A stretch of 62,379 bases of DNA, filler included, from Babesia bigemina (Eukaryota): the NCBI RefSeq assembly GCF_000981445.1. It is 11 parts of 11 records of this genome, joined end to end, with 100 filler letters (N's around TTAATTAATTAA, not from the genome) between each part and the next. Parts side by side here need not be neighbours in the genome. Positions count along the whole stretch, not along the records: positions 1 to 12,797 come from NW_012237047.1; positions 12,898 to 16,076 come from NW_012237050.1; positions 16,177 to 34,741 come from NW_012237051.1; 8 more parts are not named here. One strand, given 5' to 3'. The notes beneath the pieces are model-generated. The model made no database searches. It worked only from the letters and a program-made list of their open reading frames with translations, and was not told the origin of the DNA. Numbering within the stretch: position 1 is the stretch's first letter; the number at the start of each line of letters is the position of its first letter. Made by a program: the position numbers and the translations under genes. Positions 8,001 through 18,678 of this stretch are shown here, piece after piece.

Positions 8001-10723
8001 TGATCGGCGTCAGCGGCGTTTCTTATGGTGTCACAGAAGTTTGTGATGTGAGTCGTAATTAGCTGTGCTGTAGATTTTATCGTAGAAATATTAATTTGTT
8101 TTACGTTTACCGGAACAATGAATGCGTCTAACGCCTTTTCATGAACTTGTCTAATAGCCTTGCCAAGCGTACCGTTACTTTCAACATATATATTATAATC
8201 CGTCATTTTTGTCTTCAACTTCTGCCTATCGGCTTTCAGGTAATCCATCATGATTACTTCGATGTCATTATCAACTTCCTCGGTTGTTAAAATTTTGTCA
8301 AGCTGCTTGATCTTATCCTTTACGGTTAACAACGCCGTGCGTAGCTTTCCTCCGTATTTCGCATCATCCGTAAGTTCAGTCCATATTTCATTAGCTTTGC
8401 TTATAGCGTCGTCTACATTTTTTCCTAAGTTGTAGGCAACTATACCGTTGCTATGGTTTTCGGTGGTGAATGCCTTGATCTCATCTGCCGATTTTCTCAC
8501 TACGAGACTAAGTTGTGCTAATGCAGTTCGAATAGCAGATTGCAGATAGTCTTTAGACTGAACTGCGGAGGCTCGTGATGTCAAAAATTTTTTTTCAACT
8601 TCTGTAGCTATAACATTTGCATTATCCGGACTAACGCCTTTCTCAATTGCAGCAGCTACTTCATCATGGAACCTATTAATTTCTGATAGCATTGAAGCAA
8701 CGTTTCCACTGACGGCTGGTTTTTGTATGTTACCTTCTTTAACAAGTTTCACTATCTTCGGTATTATATCAGCGATAACTTCCTTCCGCTTCTGTTCCAA
8801 TTCGTTGCCACGCTGCGCACTACTAAGGTTATTACTCTGAATGTACCAGTCTATATGCATATTTACTGTATCGTTCTTTTCCAAAATCTTATTCAACCAG
8901 CTCTCCACCGTTATTGCAAACGCATCCGTTGTAAGTTTTTGAGCATACTCCTTCAATCGTTCTTTTATCCCTTCAAGGCCGTCATGCTTTGGATGCCCTT
9001 TTTCTTTCCCTGCTCCAGTCCCATTAATTTTTTTGATAAGTCCATTAACCACAATCTTCAGCATACCCAAATTGTGTTGGATACTATTATCGCTACCGCC
9101 AGAAGTCTGCTCTAGTGTGTTCCTCTTAATTTCATCAAACTCCACGCGAGCCCACTCTATATACTCCTTCAACTTTTCTTTGATTTCTCCTTCCAATCTC
9201 TGCAGACCTTTTACGATAACTCCATCTAATCCTGTAACCGCAGTTTTAACATTTTTTATCAGATGCGGCAGGGCTTTTTCAGCTATCTCATAAGCCTCAT
9301 ACAAAGCCACTCCTTTTCTTTCCAAAGTCAGAACGGCCTCTTTGAGTTTCTCTACATATTGAGTTTTAGATTGGCCCGTAGCTTCACACAATACTTGTTC
9401 AACTTTATTTAACGCAACTATGACAACCTTGTCTGCTTTCGTGATCCACTCGTTAAGTTCATTGACATAATGTGTCAACAACCCATTTATATCTGAGAGT
9501 TTCTGTTTAATTTCAGATATCTTCTCGCATATTACGCTTACGAACGCTTTAATGTTCTCAACGGCCATCTCATTTATTGTATTTCTAGCAGCATTCAGTT
9601 GAGTTTCTATCAACTCACTGGCATGCTTTATATGAAGTTGTTCTATTTTCCATACTTCACCAAGCCGCCAATACTGATATGTAATTGCATCACTAGCATT
9701 ATTAATTTTAGTTTGCAAGTCCGTTTGTAAATCGTCTATATTCTTCTTCTCAGCTGCCATGCCATCATCGTATGACTGCGCTTGTTGGAGGCATGTCTGC
9801 ATATGCGCATCTACTTGACTCACGGCCATGTTAATTTCACCTGCAACAGCATTACTAATACTAATTCCACTTACCGATGCTTTGATCTCTTTCATTTGTT
9901 GTGTGAAAGTGTCAATGACATTTCTTACAGCTTGATTACTCTCCCTCACCTTCTCATTATACCCCCGCACCCCTGCGACCACCCTTCCAATCGCAGCATT
10001 AAAACCGTTTTTACCGGCGTGTTTATTGGTGTTAAGAATGTCAATTGTTTCATTTAAAGTCTCTTTATGCTGCCCTAAATGCTCTTTGATGTTGCTGAGA
10101 ACACCACTCAAAAATCCCATCACCCCGTCACACAGCCTATCCAGGTCAGAGTACACAATACCACTGCCGTCGTAGCCTTTGGAGGCAGCATTGAAGCCGA
10201 GGAATTTCTCGAGGCCGTCACATAAATGCGTTAAAATATTATTATTTTCACCATTTTTAGTAAGTGATTCAGCAAATTCAGCAAGCTTCTTCACAGTCTC
10301 CAAAGCAGACAACTTGGACTGACAGTCATGTAAACGCTTATTTTCTTCTTCAGTTAGATATGAATTTTGCTTACTTTGAAGCTCTTTTATAGTTTCAGGA
10401 AGATTTTTGACTTCATTTTTTATCGCTTCTTTAATCTGCTCGAAACTTTTTTTCTTGGGAGTAGTAGACTCAGTAGGCTTAGCAGGCAAAGGAGCCGAGC
10501 CGGCAGGCGAGGCGACGGAAGAAGAAGCTTTAGCGAGAGGGTATTGCTTGTTTAGAGATTCATAAGCTTTACCTATAGCCTCCTCAATCAACTTTTTCAA
10601 AGCTTGAGACAACTTGGTAAGACCATCATCACCACCATTCCCATACCTAACCTGGATCAACCAGTCGATGGACTCAGTCAGAAGGGAAGTGAAAGGTGAC
10701 AAGTCACAAGTTATTAGGATGGT
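5066..10723 (-). CDS. ves1: VESA1-like variant surface antigen, near full-length open frame (~1,885 codons)
   Basis: N-terminal ESIDWLIQV, GIVYSDLDRLCDG, long helical variable region, Cys-rich C-terminal region, TM (FTYLVLALWSLSLFYLICVMV) and tail RLDVLHIRSHLRIPSSHKI..SYLQP. The ORF-track start is TTG, not ATG. Confidence 0.92.
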   Translation of the reverse strand, partial: TILITCDLSPFTSLLTESIDWLIQVRYGNGGDDGLTKLSQALKKLIEEAIGKAYESLNKQYPLAKASSSVASPAGSAPLPAKPTESTTPKKKSFEQIKEAIKNEVKNLPETIKELQSKQNSYLTEEENKRLHDCQSKLSALETVKKLAEFAESLTKNGENNNILTHLCDGLEKFLGFNAASKGYDGSGIVYSDLDRLCDGVMGFLSGVLSNIKEHLGQHKETLNETIDILNTNKHAGKNGFNAAIGRVVAGVRGYNEKVRESNQAVRNVIDTFTQQMKEIKASVSGISISNAVAGEINMAVSQVDAHMQTCLQQAQSYDDGMAAEKKNIDDLQTDLQTKINNASDAITYQYWRLGEVWKIEQLHIKHASELIETQLNAARNTINEMAVENIKAFVSVICEKISEIKQKLSDINGLLTHYVNELNEWITKADKVVIVALNKVEQVLCEATGQSKTQYVEKLKEAVLTLERKGVALYEAYEIAEKALPHLIKNVKTAVTGLDGVIVKGLQRLEGEIKEKLKEYIEWARVEFDEIKRNTLEQTSGGSDNSIQHNLGMLKIVVNGLIKKINGTGAGKEKGHPKHDGLEGIKERLKEYAQKLTTDAFAITVESWLNKILEKNDTVNMHIDWYIQSNNLSSAQRGNELEQKRKEVIADIIPKIVKLVKEGNIQKPAVSGNVASMLSEINRFHDEVAAAIEKGVSPDNANVIATEVEKKFLTSRASAVQSKDYLQSAIRTALAQLSLVVRKSADEIKAFTTENHSNGIVAYNLGKNVDDAISKANEIWTELTDDAKYGGKLRTALLTVKDKIKQLDKILTTEEVDNDIEVIMMDYLKADRQKLKTKMTDYNIYVESNGTLGKAIRQVHEKALDAFIVPVNVKQINISTIKSTAQLITTHITNFCDTIRNAADADHNSAKAKLLELRRMLAKGNTELPGGLEEFHSLMYELQTKHIRPRVDEAQEIVNDAGRYGNIIIEQLSEKITEQFDRAMSSITNHLKLRYAKFIASQLVEFADKVNKELEHLPAQIADDANKCYKGFMKELYDKAVLHLNAASQRTDVLLDFSSDVNIFFSALFATLDTNTQIMPEPVKITELLQSFGALFTGLSRFNRPFLSNLSSLSSLLATIRPASYADASNPLLECLRKGVQRMHGELEKAYVSVYDSETFYGELVKNLQHVSSTSDVNMKYDLTDEGTRLSKVFLTVLRTLDVSLHTLKSNCKSLPKKRINRDTDIGDLLAEQGYKVSDNGEQNGELQDRSDMTGEHILGRLIGRSGKVYSSHDDAREKGPLNTLSSYLKQYYDVCHQALRPKSRLPCNVHEMLVWFTGLPHHPVYEELLQNGLSAPFENPSKQRVVDDDGLELTLTDTRVESITAHPSNITYNSVNTALQHLCTKSYDLLTTVMGHGNAETVYAVDFHTNYFNLKYPTSGEECLQTILDILRRMLPPLRYLYYQCSLGTNHGGWAQCLYGRDIKTNKWPCKNHSTDEPKCQPNDKVTCRPNCQPTSPLMSYLGDCLTGHLPHKLTSIGCRSVCSTCPSVAKLGMPCVTPLGFRAFSGSTKTGRDIYEILKLLFGSGLVSSLLCLVPSPPSTLPEHFQFALALTHVLHNTKNATAQDVTTAFNTSINAVSIDLYKDSNKLTSALDAAYGSNQSSHDKSKHNPKSADMSSLSMDESCMLANEDNVNCGPYLQTLFCDSYHYLAKKHCNLYLSWAVYLPWSLYSYLKSLFDSHSSISCQDWGCSRCVDGISCRPGKHGDIYSCRCRSLVGCRGVLSTLYNYGFTFGDAEKLLSDDQRRYCRNLYAQLQNVLTSQHFTKLFEECDNFIWTIRQPFTYLVLALWSLSLFYLICVMVGRLDVLHIRSHLRIPSSHKITAQSLLAAAQVGRLAKISYLQP

Positions 10724-10762
10724 TTAAAGAGGTCATAGCGTTAAAATAACGAAGTAATTCAA

Positions 10763-12712
10763 GGGATGTAGAGTGGGTAGAGGAGCGATGTGGAGTGGGT
10801 AAAGGGGCGATGTAGAGTGGGTAAAGGGGCGATGTAGAGTGGATAAAGGGGCGATGTGGAGTGGGTTAGGGAGCGATGTGGAGTGGGTAAAGGGGCGATG
10901 TAGAGTGGATAAAGGGGCGATGTAGGGTGGGTTAGGGAGCGATGTAGAGTGGTTAAAGGGGCGATGAAGAGTGGATAAAGGGGCGATGTAGAGGAGGTTA
11001 GGGAGCGATGTGGAGTGGATGAGGGAGCGATGTGGAGTGGATTAGGGAGCGATGTAGAGTGGGTAAGGGAGCGATGTAGAGTGGATAAAGGGGCGATGTA
11101 GAGTGGATAAAGGGGCGATGTGGAGTGGATAAAGGGGCGATTAGAGGACGTTGAGGAGCGATGTGGAGTGGATAAAGGGGCGATGTAGAGTGGATAAAGG
11201 AGCGATGTAGAGTGGATAAAGGGGCGATGTGGAGTGGGTTAGGGAGCGATGTAGAGTGGGTAAAGGGGCGATGTAGAGTGGATAAAGGAGCGATGTAGAG
11301 TGGATAAAGGAGCGATGTAGAGTGGGTTAAGGAGCGATGTAGAGTGGGTTAAGGAGCGATGTGGAGTGGATAAAGGAGCGATGTAGAGTGGATAAAGGGG
11401 CGATGTAGAGTGGATAAAGGGGCGATGTAGAGTGGATAAAGGGGCGATGTAGAGTGGGTTAGGGAGCGATGTAGAGTGGATAAAGGGGCGATGTAGAGTG
11501 GGTTAAGGGGCGATGTGGAGTGGATAAGGGGCGATGTAGAGTGCGTTAGGGAGCGATGTAGAGTGGGTTAGGGAGCGATGTGGAGTGGGTTAGGGGCGAT
11601 GTAGAGCGGGTTAAGGGGCGATGTAGAGTGGGTTAGGGAGCGATGTAGAGTGGGTAAAGGGGCGATGTAGAGTGGGTAAAGGGGCGATGTAGAGTGGGTA
11701 AAGGGCGATGTAAGGTGGGTAAAGGGGCGATGTAGAGTGGGTTAGGGAGCGATGTGGAGTGGATAAAGGGGCGATGTGGAGTGGATTAGGGAGCGATGTG
11801 GAGTGGGTTAAGGGGCGATGTAGAGTGAATAAAGGGGCGATGTAGAGTGGATTAAGGGGCGATGTAGAGTTGATAAAGGAGCGATGTAGAGTGGGTTAAG
11901 GGAGCGATGTAGAGTGGATAAAGGGGCGATGTAGAGTGGGTAAAGGAGCGATGTAGAGTGGATAAGGAGCGATGTAGAGTGTGTAAAGGAGCGATGTGGA
12001 GTGGGTTAAGGGGCGATGTAGAGTGGATTAAGGGGCGATGAAGGGTGGGTTAAGGGGCGATGAAGGGTGGATAAAGGGGCGACGTAGACTGGGTAAAGGG
12101 GCGATGAAGGGTGGGTAAAGGGGCGATGTAGAGTGGATAAGGGGCGATGTAGAGTGGGTTAGGGAGCGATGTAGAGTGGGTTAGGGAGCGATGTAAACTG
12201 GGTTAAGGGGCGATGTAGAGTGGATAAAGGGGCGATGTAGAGTGGACTAAGGGGCGAGGTAGAGTGGATAAAGGGGCGATGTAGAGTGGATAAAGGGGCG
12301 ATGCAGAGTGAGATAAGGGGCGATTGTAGAGTGGATAAAGTGGGCGATGTGGAGTAGATTAGGGAGCGATGTTGAGTGGATAAAGAGGCGATGTTGAGTG
12401 GATAAAGGGGCGATGTAGAGTGGGTTAAGGAGCGATGTAGAGTGGGTTAGGGAGCGATGTAGAGTGGGTTAGGGAGCGATGTAGAGTGGATGAAGGAGCG
12501 ATGTAGAGTGGTTAAAGGGGCGATGTAGAGTGGGTTAAGGGGCGATGTAGAGTGGATTAGGGAGCGATGCAGACTGAGTTAAGGGGCGATGTAGAGTGGA
12601 TAGAGGAGCGATGTAGAGTGGGTAAAGGGGCGATGTGGAGTGGATAAGGGAGCGATGTAGGCTGGGTTAGGGAGCGATGTAGAGTGGGCTAGGGGGCGAT
12701 GTGGAGTGGATA
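10763..12712 (+). repeat. 22-bp G-rich tandem array, ~1.95 kb
   Basis: Directly visible. Confidence 0.97.
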
Positions 12713-12730
12713 ATACTCCCCACTCTGGTC

Positions 12731-12797
12731 TCCATGTCATCGCTGCCGTGTCCATGTCATCGCTGCCGTGTCCATGTCATCGCTGCTGTGTCCATGA
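12731..12797 (+). repeat. 20-bp tandem repeat (cut by gap)
   Basis: TCCATGTCATCGCTGCCGTG x3. Confidence 0.88.
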
Positions 12798-12897
12798 NNN
12801 NNNNNNNNNNNNNNNNNNNNNNNNNNNNNNNNNNNNNNNNNTTAATTAATTAANNNNNNNNNNNNNNNNNNNNNNNNNNNNNNNNNNNNNNNNNNNN
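12798..12897. other. Assembly gap with TTAATTAATTAA linker
   Basis: N44-TTAATTAATTAA-N44 artificial contig spacer. Confidence 0.98.
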
Positions 12898-13474
12898 TGG
12901 ATAAGGAGCGATGTAGAGTGGGTTAAGGGGCGATGTAGAGTGGGTTAGGCAGTGATGTAAGGTGGATAAGGGGCGATGTAGAGTGGGTAAAGCGGCGATG
13001 TAGAGTGGGTTAGGGAGCGATGTAGAGTGGATAAAGGGGCGATGTAGAGTGGATAAAGGAGCGATGTAGAGTGGATAAAGGGGCGATGTAGAGTGGGTTA
13101 AGGGGCGATGTGGAGTGGATAAAGGGGCGATGTAGAGTGGGTTAGGGAGCGATGTAGAGTGGGTTAGGGAGCGATGTAGAGTGGGTTAAGGGGCGATGTG
13201 GAGTGGAGTAAGGGGCGATGTAGAGTGGATAAAGGAGCGATGTAGGGTGGATTAAGGGGCGATGTAAGGTGAGTTAGGGAGCGATGGAGAGTGGATAAGG
13301 GAGCGATGTGGAGTGGGTTAAGGAGCGATGTAGAGTGGGTAAAGGAGCGATGTAGAGTGGATAGAGGAGCGATGTAGAGTGGGTTAGGGAGCGATGTGGA
13401 CTGGATAAAGGAGCGATGTAGAGTGGGTTAGGGAGCGATGTGGAGTGGGTTAGGGAGCGATGTAGAGTGGATTA
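12898..13474 (+). repeat. 22-bp G-rich tandem array (cut by gap)
   Basis: Directly visible. Confidence 0.96.
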
Positions 13475-13490
13475 TAATCACCACTAGTGT

Positions 13491-13610
13491 CCATGTCATC
13501 GCTGCCGTAACCAGTAACCATGTCATCGCTGCCGTGACCATGTCATCGCTGCCGTGATCATGTCATCGCTGCCGTAACCTTAACTTGGTAACCATGTCAT
13601 CGCTGCCGCG
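13491..13610 (+). repeat. 20-bp tandem repeat
   Basis: CCATGTCATCGCTGCCGT units. Confidence 0.88.
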
Positions 13611-13611
13611 T

Positions 13612-14730
13612 CCAGTCCCCTCAACCTACTAACTTATCAATCACTCAAGCAGCACTCACCAACTGCAACACGTAGGCACTGCCCGCTCCAGTCCCCTCAA
13701 GCTGCAAGCATATCAGTCACCTAGCAACGCACTCACCAACTGCAACACGTACCACTGCCGCGCCCAGTCCCCTCAGCCTGCAAACATATCAATCACTCAA
13801 GCAGCACTCACCAACTGCAACACGTACAACTGCCACTCCCAGTCCCCTCAACCTGCGAACATATCAATCACCTAGCAACGCGCTCACCAACTGCAACACT
13901 ACCACTGCCGCTACCAGTCCCCTCAACCTGCAGACATATCAATCACATAAGCAACGCACTCACCAACTGCAACACGTACACTGCCGCTCCCAGTCCCCTC
14001 AACCTGCGAACATGTCAATCACCTATGCAAGCACTCACCAACTGCAACACTGCCACTGCCGCTCCCAGTCCCTTCTGCCTGCAAACATATCAATCACTCA
14101 AGCAACGCACTCACCAACTACGACACGTACCACTGCCGCTCCCACTCCCCTCAACCTGCAAACATATCAATCACCTAGCAACGCACTCACCAACTGCAAC
14201 ACGTACCACTGCCGCTCCCAGTCCCGTCAAGCTGCAAGCATATCATTCACCTAGCAACGCACTCACCAACTGCAACACGTACCACTGCCGCGCCCAGTCC
14301 CCTCAGCCTGCAAACATATCAATCACCTAGCAACGCACTCACCAACTGCAACACGTACCACTGCCGCGCCCAGTCCTCTCAACCTGCGAACATATCAATC
14401 ACATAACCAACTCACTCACCAACTGCAACACTACCACTGCCCCTCCTAGTCCCTCAACCTGCATAAATATCAATCACCTAGCAAGCACTCACCACCTGCA
14501 ACACTACCACTGCCGCTACCAGTCCCCTCAGCCTGCACGCATATCAATCACCTAGCAACGCACTCACCAACTGCAACACTACCACTGCCGCTCCCAGTCT
14601 CCTCAGCCTGCGAACATATCAATCACTCAAGCAGCACTCACCAACTGCAACACTACCACTGCCGCTCCCAGTCTCCTCAGCCTGCGAACATATCAATCAC
14701 TCAAGCAGCACTCACCAACTGCAACACGTA
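13612..14730 (-). repeat. ~75-bp tandem array (~15 units)
   Basis: Same unit as 2939-3478. Confidence 0.95.
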
Positions 14731-15236
14731 CCCTCACCGCTGTATCCCCCCAGCCCAGGCCACCGACACCCACGCTGCCCGGGATACCACAGCTGCCCTG
14801 ACGCGACGCATGTGATCAGCACCAACTGTCACTCTAAATTATTCATTATTCGCAACGCTATAGAAATTGCAGCGAGCCCCGTGCGCTCAACTCCCACAGT
14901 GCAGCAGCACCCTGCTACGAGCCGCGGTATCGGCGCCATACTGGCGGAGCGTGTCGGCTACGTGCCTAAATGTGATATTAACAATCGCTACATTGCCGCC
15001 TATAAACGCTACTTACCCAGGCCAACGCGGATTACGCCACCCTGCCAGTGACTCGCAACACACGACTTAGGTCACCCGCCGCGGCCCTCACGGCCGCCTA
15101 CGTTAGCGACCAATCACCCAGCCTCACGTGACACTCACTCAATGGGCGACGCGGACGCCTCTCACAGTCAACGCGTAACTCAACGCAACAATAAATCAAC
15201 GTGCTACGACACCCACCAAAATACGGTTCATCCGCC
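14731..15236. promoter_or_regulatory. Conserved ~500-bp block, copy 2
   Basis: Near-identical to 3479-3991. Confidence 0.45.
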
Positions 15237-15348
15237 AGCTCAGCACTTTGCCTGGGTGCTAGGTTAGCACTTTGCCTGGGTGCTAGGTTAGCACTTTGCC
15301 TGGCTGCTAGGTTACCACGTTGCCTGTGTGCTAGCTTAGCACTTTGCT
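15237..15348 (+). repeat. 24-bp tandem array, ~5 units
   Basis: Same unit as 3992-4920. Confidence 0.9.
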
Positions 15349-15505
15349 TTGCTGTTCACTCATCACCTAATCTAGGTGCTATCTAGTTCACACGTTACCC
15401 CTTGAGTAATTCGAGACATTAGACTACGTTTGTCAGTTAGGTGAGTAGGTGATATGCTAGGTGAGTAGTTACGTGAGTTACAGTGAATTACAAATGTGAC
15501 GATGA

Positions 15506-16075
15506 TTACGGTTGTAGATACGATATCTTGGCAAGCCTTCCGACTTGCGCTGCCGCCAACAATGATTGCGCCGTTATCTTGTGCGACGACGGTATCCTCA
15601 GGTGTGACCTGATGTGGAGCACATCCAGTCTGCCAACCATTACGCAGATGAGGTAAAAGAGAGATAGTGACCAGAGTGCGACATTGAGCCAGATGAAGGG
15701 TGCGCGGATGGTGAACATGAAATTATCAATGGTTTTGAAAAACTTCACAAGATGTGAGTCTTCTTCAAATGCCTCCTTAAATACATCACAGAAATCTCTG
15801 CACGTGCGTTTCGTATGCGATTGTCCATCCCTGTTCAGCCTCTCTGGATCGCCGAGAACAAAGCCGTATTTTGCCAATGTCGGCAGCGTAGCATTGCACT
15901 GTACAATGGATTTGCATTTGGGATCGTGATATCGTGGCGGTTGATACGTGGTGGATGTAGTTCTACAATCTTTGACGCACGCTTTCACGTGGCAATTTGA
16001 TCCCCTGGCACCGCATTTGGAATTGCACTCATCGTAGAGTTTCTTAAGTAAGTCGTAGAACGTCGCCGTCAGGTA
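15506..16075 (-). CDS. ves1: VESA1-like antigen, 3' fragment (cut by gap)
   Basis: YLTATFYDLLKKLY...TM...RLDVLHIRSHLRIPSSHKITAQSLLAAAQVGRLAKISYLQP*. Confidence 0.9.
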   Translation of the reverse strand, partial: YLTATFYDLLKKLYDECNSKCGARGSNCHVKACVKDCRTTSTTYQPPRYHDPKCKSIVQCNATLPTLAKYGFVLGDPERLNRDGQSHTKRTCRDFCDVFKEAFEEDSHLVKFFKTIDNFMFTIRAPFIWLNVALWSLSLFYLICVMVGRLDVLHIRSHLRIPSSHKITAQSLLAAAQVGRLAKISYLQP

Positions 16076-16076
16076 A

Positions 16077-16176
16077 NNNNNNNNNNNNNNNNNNNNNNNN
16101 NNNNNNNNNNNNNNNNNNNNTTAATTAATTAANNNNNNNNNNNNNNNNNNNNNNNNNNNNNNNNNNNNNNNNNNNN
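16077..16176. other. Assembly gap with linker
   Basis: N-TTAATTAATTAA-N. Confidence 0.98.
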
Positions 16177-16669
16177 TGATAAACGGCAATGCTCGAGCAG
16201 TGTTTATACGAGTGACGTCCGAGATAACTGGTAACTAGGTGGCGCATACCGAAACCGGGTACCAGGCGGAAAAGGAGTGACATTCTGCACCATATATCAC
16301 CTATATATCAGGCATGTCAATCGAGTAATGGCCAACGGGAGCTGAATGTGCAGCCCTGTATACCAGTTGACTACATTAAAATGGGTTTGAAATTGTAAGT
16401 AGCGTGACGGCTGCCACTTTTATATGCTCATTTGTCACGATTCGTGTGAGTGGAGTGCTATAGCGAGCTCTGAAAGCGCCTCCCGTTCTTCTTGATCGCT
16501 AACACGTCCCAGGCTATCTTTGCTGCCAGAACTCTGGCATTGGTAGTTTTACTGCACCTTTTTCCAAAAAAGGCCAGGCCCACGCCAGGGGAGCGTTTCT
16601 TGTCCATAGGTGACAAATAGTTGCTGCCCTTTCGTGCCGTACTTGCACGGTAAGATCCAATCCCGGGTG

Positions 16670-18300
16670 TTAATCCGTGTCATCACTCCCAATTGCTGGT
16701 ACATGGCTGTCCAGGTCCACACAAACCCTTCCTTTAGCGTTCACTTTTATACCCTCAATAAACTTATCGCTAACCATATCGTATCGCAAAAGGTCGACGT
16801 CTGTACCGATTGGAGTCTCATAATTCATTCTAAAATTTGTACATTGTGGATGTAACTGATGGATTTTCTCAGGTTGTGTAACATCTGGAGACTGTAAAAC
16901 TCGGGTTAATGAATTTTTGACTGCATTTAATTTGTGTAATCCTTCAAGAAAATCTTCGCCCCGATCACAGTCTAACGTGGTGTCTCCGTGATCCTCCACC
17001 CACAACGAGTCGTCTTCTTTCCCTTTGGTGTTGATTTTGTTAAGTTTGTTGTATAGATCTCGTTGGAAGCTTGCCATGTAAGTCTTAGCAGATGGCATTG
17101 CCCCAAAGCCAGCTGGCATGTTGAAAACCTGTAAACAGTGAAGACGGCCGCGCAATCTCTAACGTTCGATTTGTGTGATCGTGCTTAGCAATATGCCTTA
17201 AACACAACGTAGTTCAACACTGCAGTAATGCATACCTAGTCACCCAACTAACCTTTTGCTTCAATATCTCAAGCCGCTTTGCCTCCTTAAATTTCGCGTG
17301 TTTTTGAACCAACCGCTCGGCCTTTTCGCCGCCTAATTGCTCATACTGCCACTTATATAAGCTTAATGCGGATAATACTTACATCTATACGCTGTGGTGA
17401 CGCTCGAAGATAATGTAACAGTGCATCCATAACAGATGAAACCGAGGAAATCTCCTTAAGTGATGATTGTGGCACCACTAAATCCGAACCTTGCATGTAT
17501 ATTTTGCAAATGGAATAGACTCCAATGAGAACGGCGGTAACGTCACTGAGATCAGGAAGATCCCTCTCTACCTGCGTGGAATATACACAGACATGCGGAT
17601 GTTTTGGCACCAGTGTTTTCCCGAGCCTCCAGCCACGGTTGCAGAAATTACATTGTAAGCGTGAATACCACTCGATTTGTCCCTGGCATGAAAACGGTTA
17701 CAGAAGCTATGCTTCAAGCGATAACTAAGAATTCGAGCAGGAACAGAACAGCTGGATACACTTGCACAAATTACAAATAACACACAAACATGTGCATCTA
17801 TATCTCCCGCAAGATTAAATGGAACAATTGCTTCTTCAGACTTACTTGTTGGTACCTCCTGCATCTGACACGTTTGATGCATCCACGGCATATCTGTGCC
17901 TCGGGCACTCCGAAGAAGTTTCGCAATTTTTTGGCCGACTTCATAACATTATTTGGCATCGATTCTACCGGGGGTATCATGCTGGATATCGTTGTGCAGC
18001 GCAAAATAGAGATAAGACCTACACCTTCCGATTGGGGCAGATGACTGGGCATTCCATGTGTATCATTGTCTTTAAGTGTTGTTTTTCCGTAGGTCCCAGG
18101 AACCTCACGAAATGCGTGAGAGATCTCCCACGAGTGGCATTGAGAAGCCCCTTCTTTAGATAGACTCTGTTGGGATTCTTGGTTGCGAGGATGGCGCCAG
18201 TTTTTACGCCTAAATTCACCAGTTTCTCTATAAATTCTCCACACAGGCCAGGCCATCGATCCGATGCTATTGGCAACAATTTCGATGGTGTGGTAGACAT
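16670..18300 (-). CDS. Multi-exon conserved protein with OZ1/VAR3-like motif (exon boundaries partly unresolved)
   Basis: ORF pieces WPGLCGEFIEKLVNLG, SAKKLRNFFGVPEAQICRGCIKRVRC and DLSDVTAVLIG. Short GT-AG introns at 17129-17163 (35 nt), 17220-17252 (33 nt) and 17352-17382 (31 nt). Confidence 0.55.
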
Positions 18301-18678
18301 GTTTTACATGGTCAATGTAAACAATTTTTAAGCTGCCTTTATCCCGTGATGCAAGATTCTATGCGTGTGTGTGGATGAGACACTGCAACGGCAGTCACAC
18401 ATTTCGGTACAAGGACGCATATAAGTCTTAGATACTAATTAAAACGTCCATATTATTAGCAAGGGGCGTGGGTGACGATCGCAAGCCGTTGCTTCGTAGC
18501 ATATAATGAGGGGTATCCAACGGCGGTACTTATGACACACAGATAAGGGCGTTTATTGTCCCCCCTGATGAAATGACCACTATCAGGTTATAATGTGAAA
18601 TGTAACTTGCCTGTGACGGCAGTGTAACGCTTTGTGGCTGTCTCTGTTTTTGCTGTTATAACATGACGTACCAGCAGG

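Noticed and set aside
10673..10707. 35-nt GT..AG intron rescuing the leader ATG at 10736
   Set aside because: Removing it leaves 29 nt before TCC ATC GAC TGG, still out of frame, and the GAG acceptor is poor.
10763..12712. True telomere
   Set aside because: Hexamer/heptamer-like motifs are interrupted by a constant core, and the array is flanked by non-telomeric sequence on both sides.
12842..12853. TTAATTAATTAA palindrome recurring ten times
   Set aside because: Always centred in a 100-nt N gap; it is an artificial six-frame stop linker.
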